Of a DNA stretch of 64,000 bases, positions 62,537 to 64,000 are shown one piece after another. Both the position numbers and the translations under genes were made by a program. Below the pieces are notes generated by a model, which was not told the origin of the DNA, searched no databases, and worked only from the letters and a program-made list of their open reading frames with translations. How positions within the stretch are numbered: position 1 is the first letter of the stretch; each line of letters starts with the position of its first letter. This DNA comes from Corallochytrium limacisporum Hawaii (Eukaryota; Protista; Pluriformea): contig PDIP01000017.1 of NCBI GenBank assembly GCA_002811645.1, positions 62,001 through 126,000 on the forward strand, in the 5' to 3' direction.

Positions 62537-64000
62537 TTAGATACGGTCCACCATCTCAACCTGGCTGATGTGTTCAACCTTCCTAGAAGACTGTTTCCGG
62601 AAGAGCACACCGACAACAACCATTGCCAGCAGGATAACTCCACCAAGCACAGCACCGAAGATGATCATAAAGTCGCCCCAGTCCTCTTGATTCTCAACGT
62701 CTGCCTGCAAATCAGTCTCAGACGCGGGAAGGAGAACACTACGGGTCCAGCTGTCTAGAGGGTCCGACGGTTGGACAGAGGTCAGGGGAAGAACCTTTGG
62801 GGGGTCGTACCAGCTCCACGTGTCAGCGGCACTCACATGAATATTAAGACCACGGTTCGCGGGCACATCGAGGATCGCGGTAGAGTCCGGGCCGTATGCG
62901 GGTTCGAAATCCACATAGTGCAAATCCGTGTTGAACAGGAATCCAGTAAGGTGAATAGTGCATGTGCCGTTTTCAGCAGATACCAAAACAGTTCGGACAT
63001 CACCCGATTCGTCATCAAAGCTGACAGTAGCAGTAGGTTTGCAATAGTATTGATCCTCACGACGAAGGTATTCCTTGTACATTTCATCGTGGCGTGCAGT
63101 AAGCAGAGGAAGGCTCATCTTAGGGTAGATCCCGCCAATCACGTTTGCAACCCAGTGGCTGAGTAGGGAGTGAACGGTATTATGGCTCTCAAACAAAGGA
63201 TCCCACATTGTGATGTCATCGCAGCCCTCTTCCTTTTGGTCAGGACCGACAGCGTCCGTGCAGCCGTCACCAACACGGGTTCTCAGGTTGGCCTGATGGA
63301 ACATATTTGCGTCGATGAAATTCTGCATCGCAGTTAGACCGACCCGGACGCCTTCACGACGCATGTTCTCAACGTGACCGAGAGCTTCCCCGAACAAGGC
63401 TTCGTACGTGGCCTCATTGTCCTGTACTGTTGTAGAGGTAAAGAAGACCTCCGAGGGGTCCCGCTTCATGATGTACATTCCGTCGAAACCATTGCGTTCG
63501 TAGCTGGTGACCCACCCGTGCCATGGATAGTTGTCATTGGTGATTCCAGTGGACTTGTCATCCACAAGTACACGGATACCATTATCGTACATGCTCTTCA
63601 GAGCGTATCCATTGAAGAGACCAGAAATGCGTGGGGTAACGAGACCATTGGAGCTATGGTAAGGGTGGTCATAGAGACCGACCGCCCAGTCGATGCGATT
63701 CGACAACCTGAGTTCCGCATCGGCGTCAAATGCAGTGACATTGTCCAATTCAAGATGACTGAAAGTGTGCGTAACCCAATAGAACCAAGATTGAACTTCA
63801 TCGCTCTGACTGTAGGCCCACACGGCGTCATTATTGACCCAACTCTGTACGTGTGCATCTTCAAAATGATCAGGAATGTTGTCAGCGCCATGGAAATTTT
63901 TCTTGGGCCCGCTATAAGGGACACCATTGCAGTAACAATATATGTTTACCCCGATGTCGGTATCGAGAGGAGCTCTCCATCCAACGCAGGGCATGTCCGA
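62537..64000 (-). CDS. Agd3-like (CE18-type) polysaccharide deacetylase with C-terminal TM anchor; 5' end lies beyond the window
   Basis: THTFSH, GLVTPRISGLFNG.AL.SMYDNGI, NGFDG, MFHQANLR and SLL..WV blocks. TM helix IIFGAVLGGVILLAMVVVGVLF followed by RK. Frame is open to the window edge. Confidence 0.75.
   Translation of the reverse strand, partial: SDMPCVGWRAPLDTDIGVNIYCYCNGVPYSGPKKNFHGADNIPDHFEDAHVQSWVNNDAVWAYSQSDEVQSWFYWVTHTFSHLELDNVTAFDADAELRLSNRIDWAVGLYDHPYHSSNGLVTPRISGLFNGYALKSMYDNGIRVLVDDKSTGITNDNYPWHGWVTSYERNGFDGMYIMKRDPSEVFFTSTTVQDNEATYEALFGEALGHVENMRREGVRVGLTAMQNFIDANMFHQANLRTRVGDGCTDAVGPDQKEEGCDDITMWDPLFESHNTVHSLLSHWVANVIGGIYPKMSLPLLTARHDEMYKEYLRREDQYYCKPTATVSFDDESGDVRTVLVSAENGTCTIHLTGFLFNTDLHYVDFEPAYGPDSTAILDVPANRGLNIHVSAADTWSWYDPPKVLPLTSVQPSDPLDSWTRSVLLPASETDLQADVENQEDWGDFMIIFGAVLGGVILLAMVVVGVLFRKQSSRKVEHISQVEMVDRI

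Overview
Eukaryotic nuclear DNA from a compact, essentially intron-free genome: every recognisable gene is one uninterrupted ORF. The gene content (FUBI-eS30 fusion, ARHGAP29/45-type RhoGAP, ATP synthase factor B, BLOC1S4, MED23, ABCB9-type transporter) points to a unicellular holozoan. A Corallochytrium-like organism is my inference and is not proven. About 23 protein genes are supported, with two N-gaps. I found no rRNA, tRNA, CRISPR array or transposon. Main leads: (1) a chimeric protein (20084-21637) in which an eIF3c N-terminal domain is fused to LRRs, an Elongin BC-box and a Cys/His cluster, a candidate ubiquitin-ligase receptor aimed at translation initiation; (2) a 57-aa microprotein (42651-42824) with the PKA-inhibitor pseudosubstrate motif RxxRRNAI at the end of a 13.8-kb gene desert; (3) an animal-type E2F/CDE-4nt-CHR (DREAM) element with identical spacing and sense orientation upstream of three genes, plus a weaker fourth, one of which is a B12-dependent class II ribonucleotide reductase with a possible mitochondrial presequence; (4) a membrane-anchored Agd3-like polysaccharide deacetylase. 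All family assignments come from motif recognition by eye, not from database searches.
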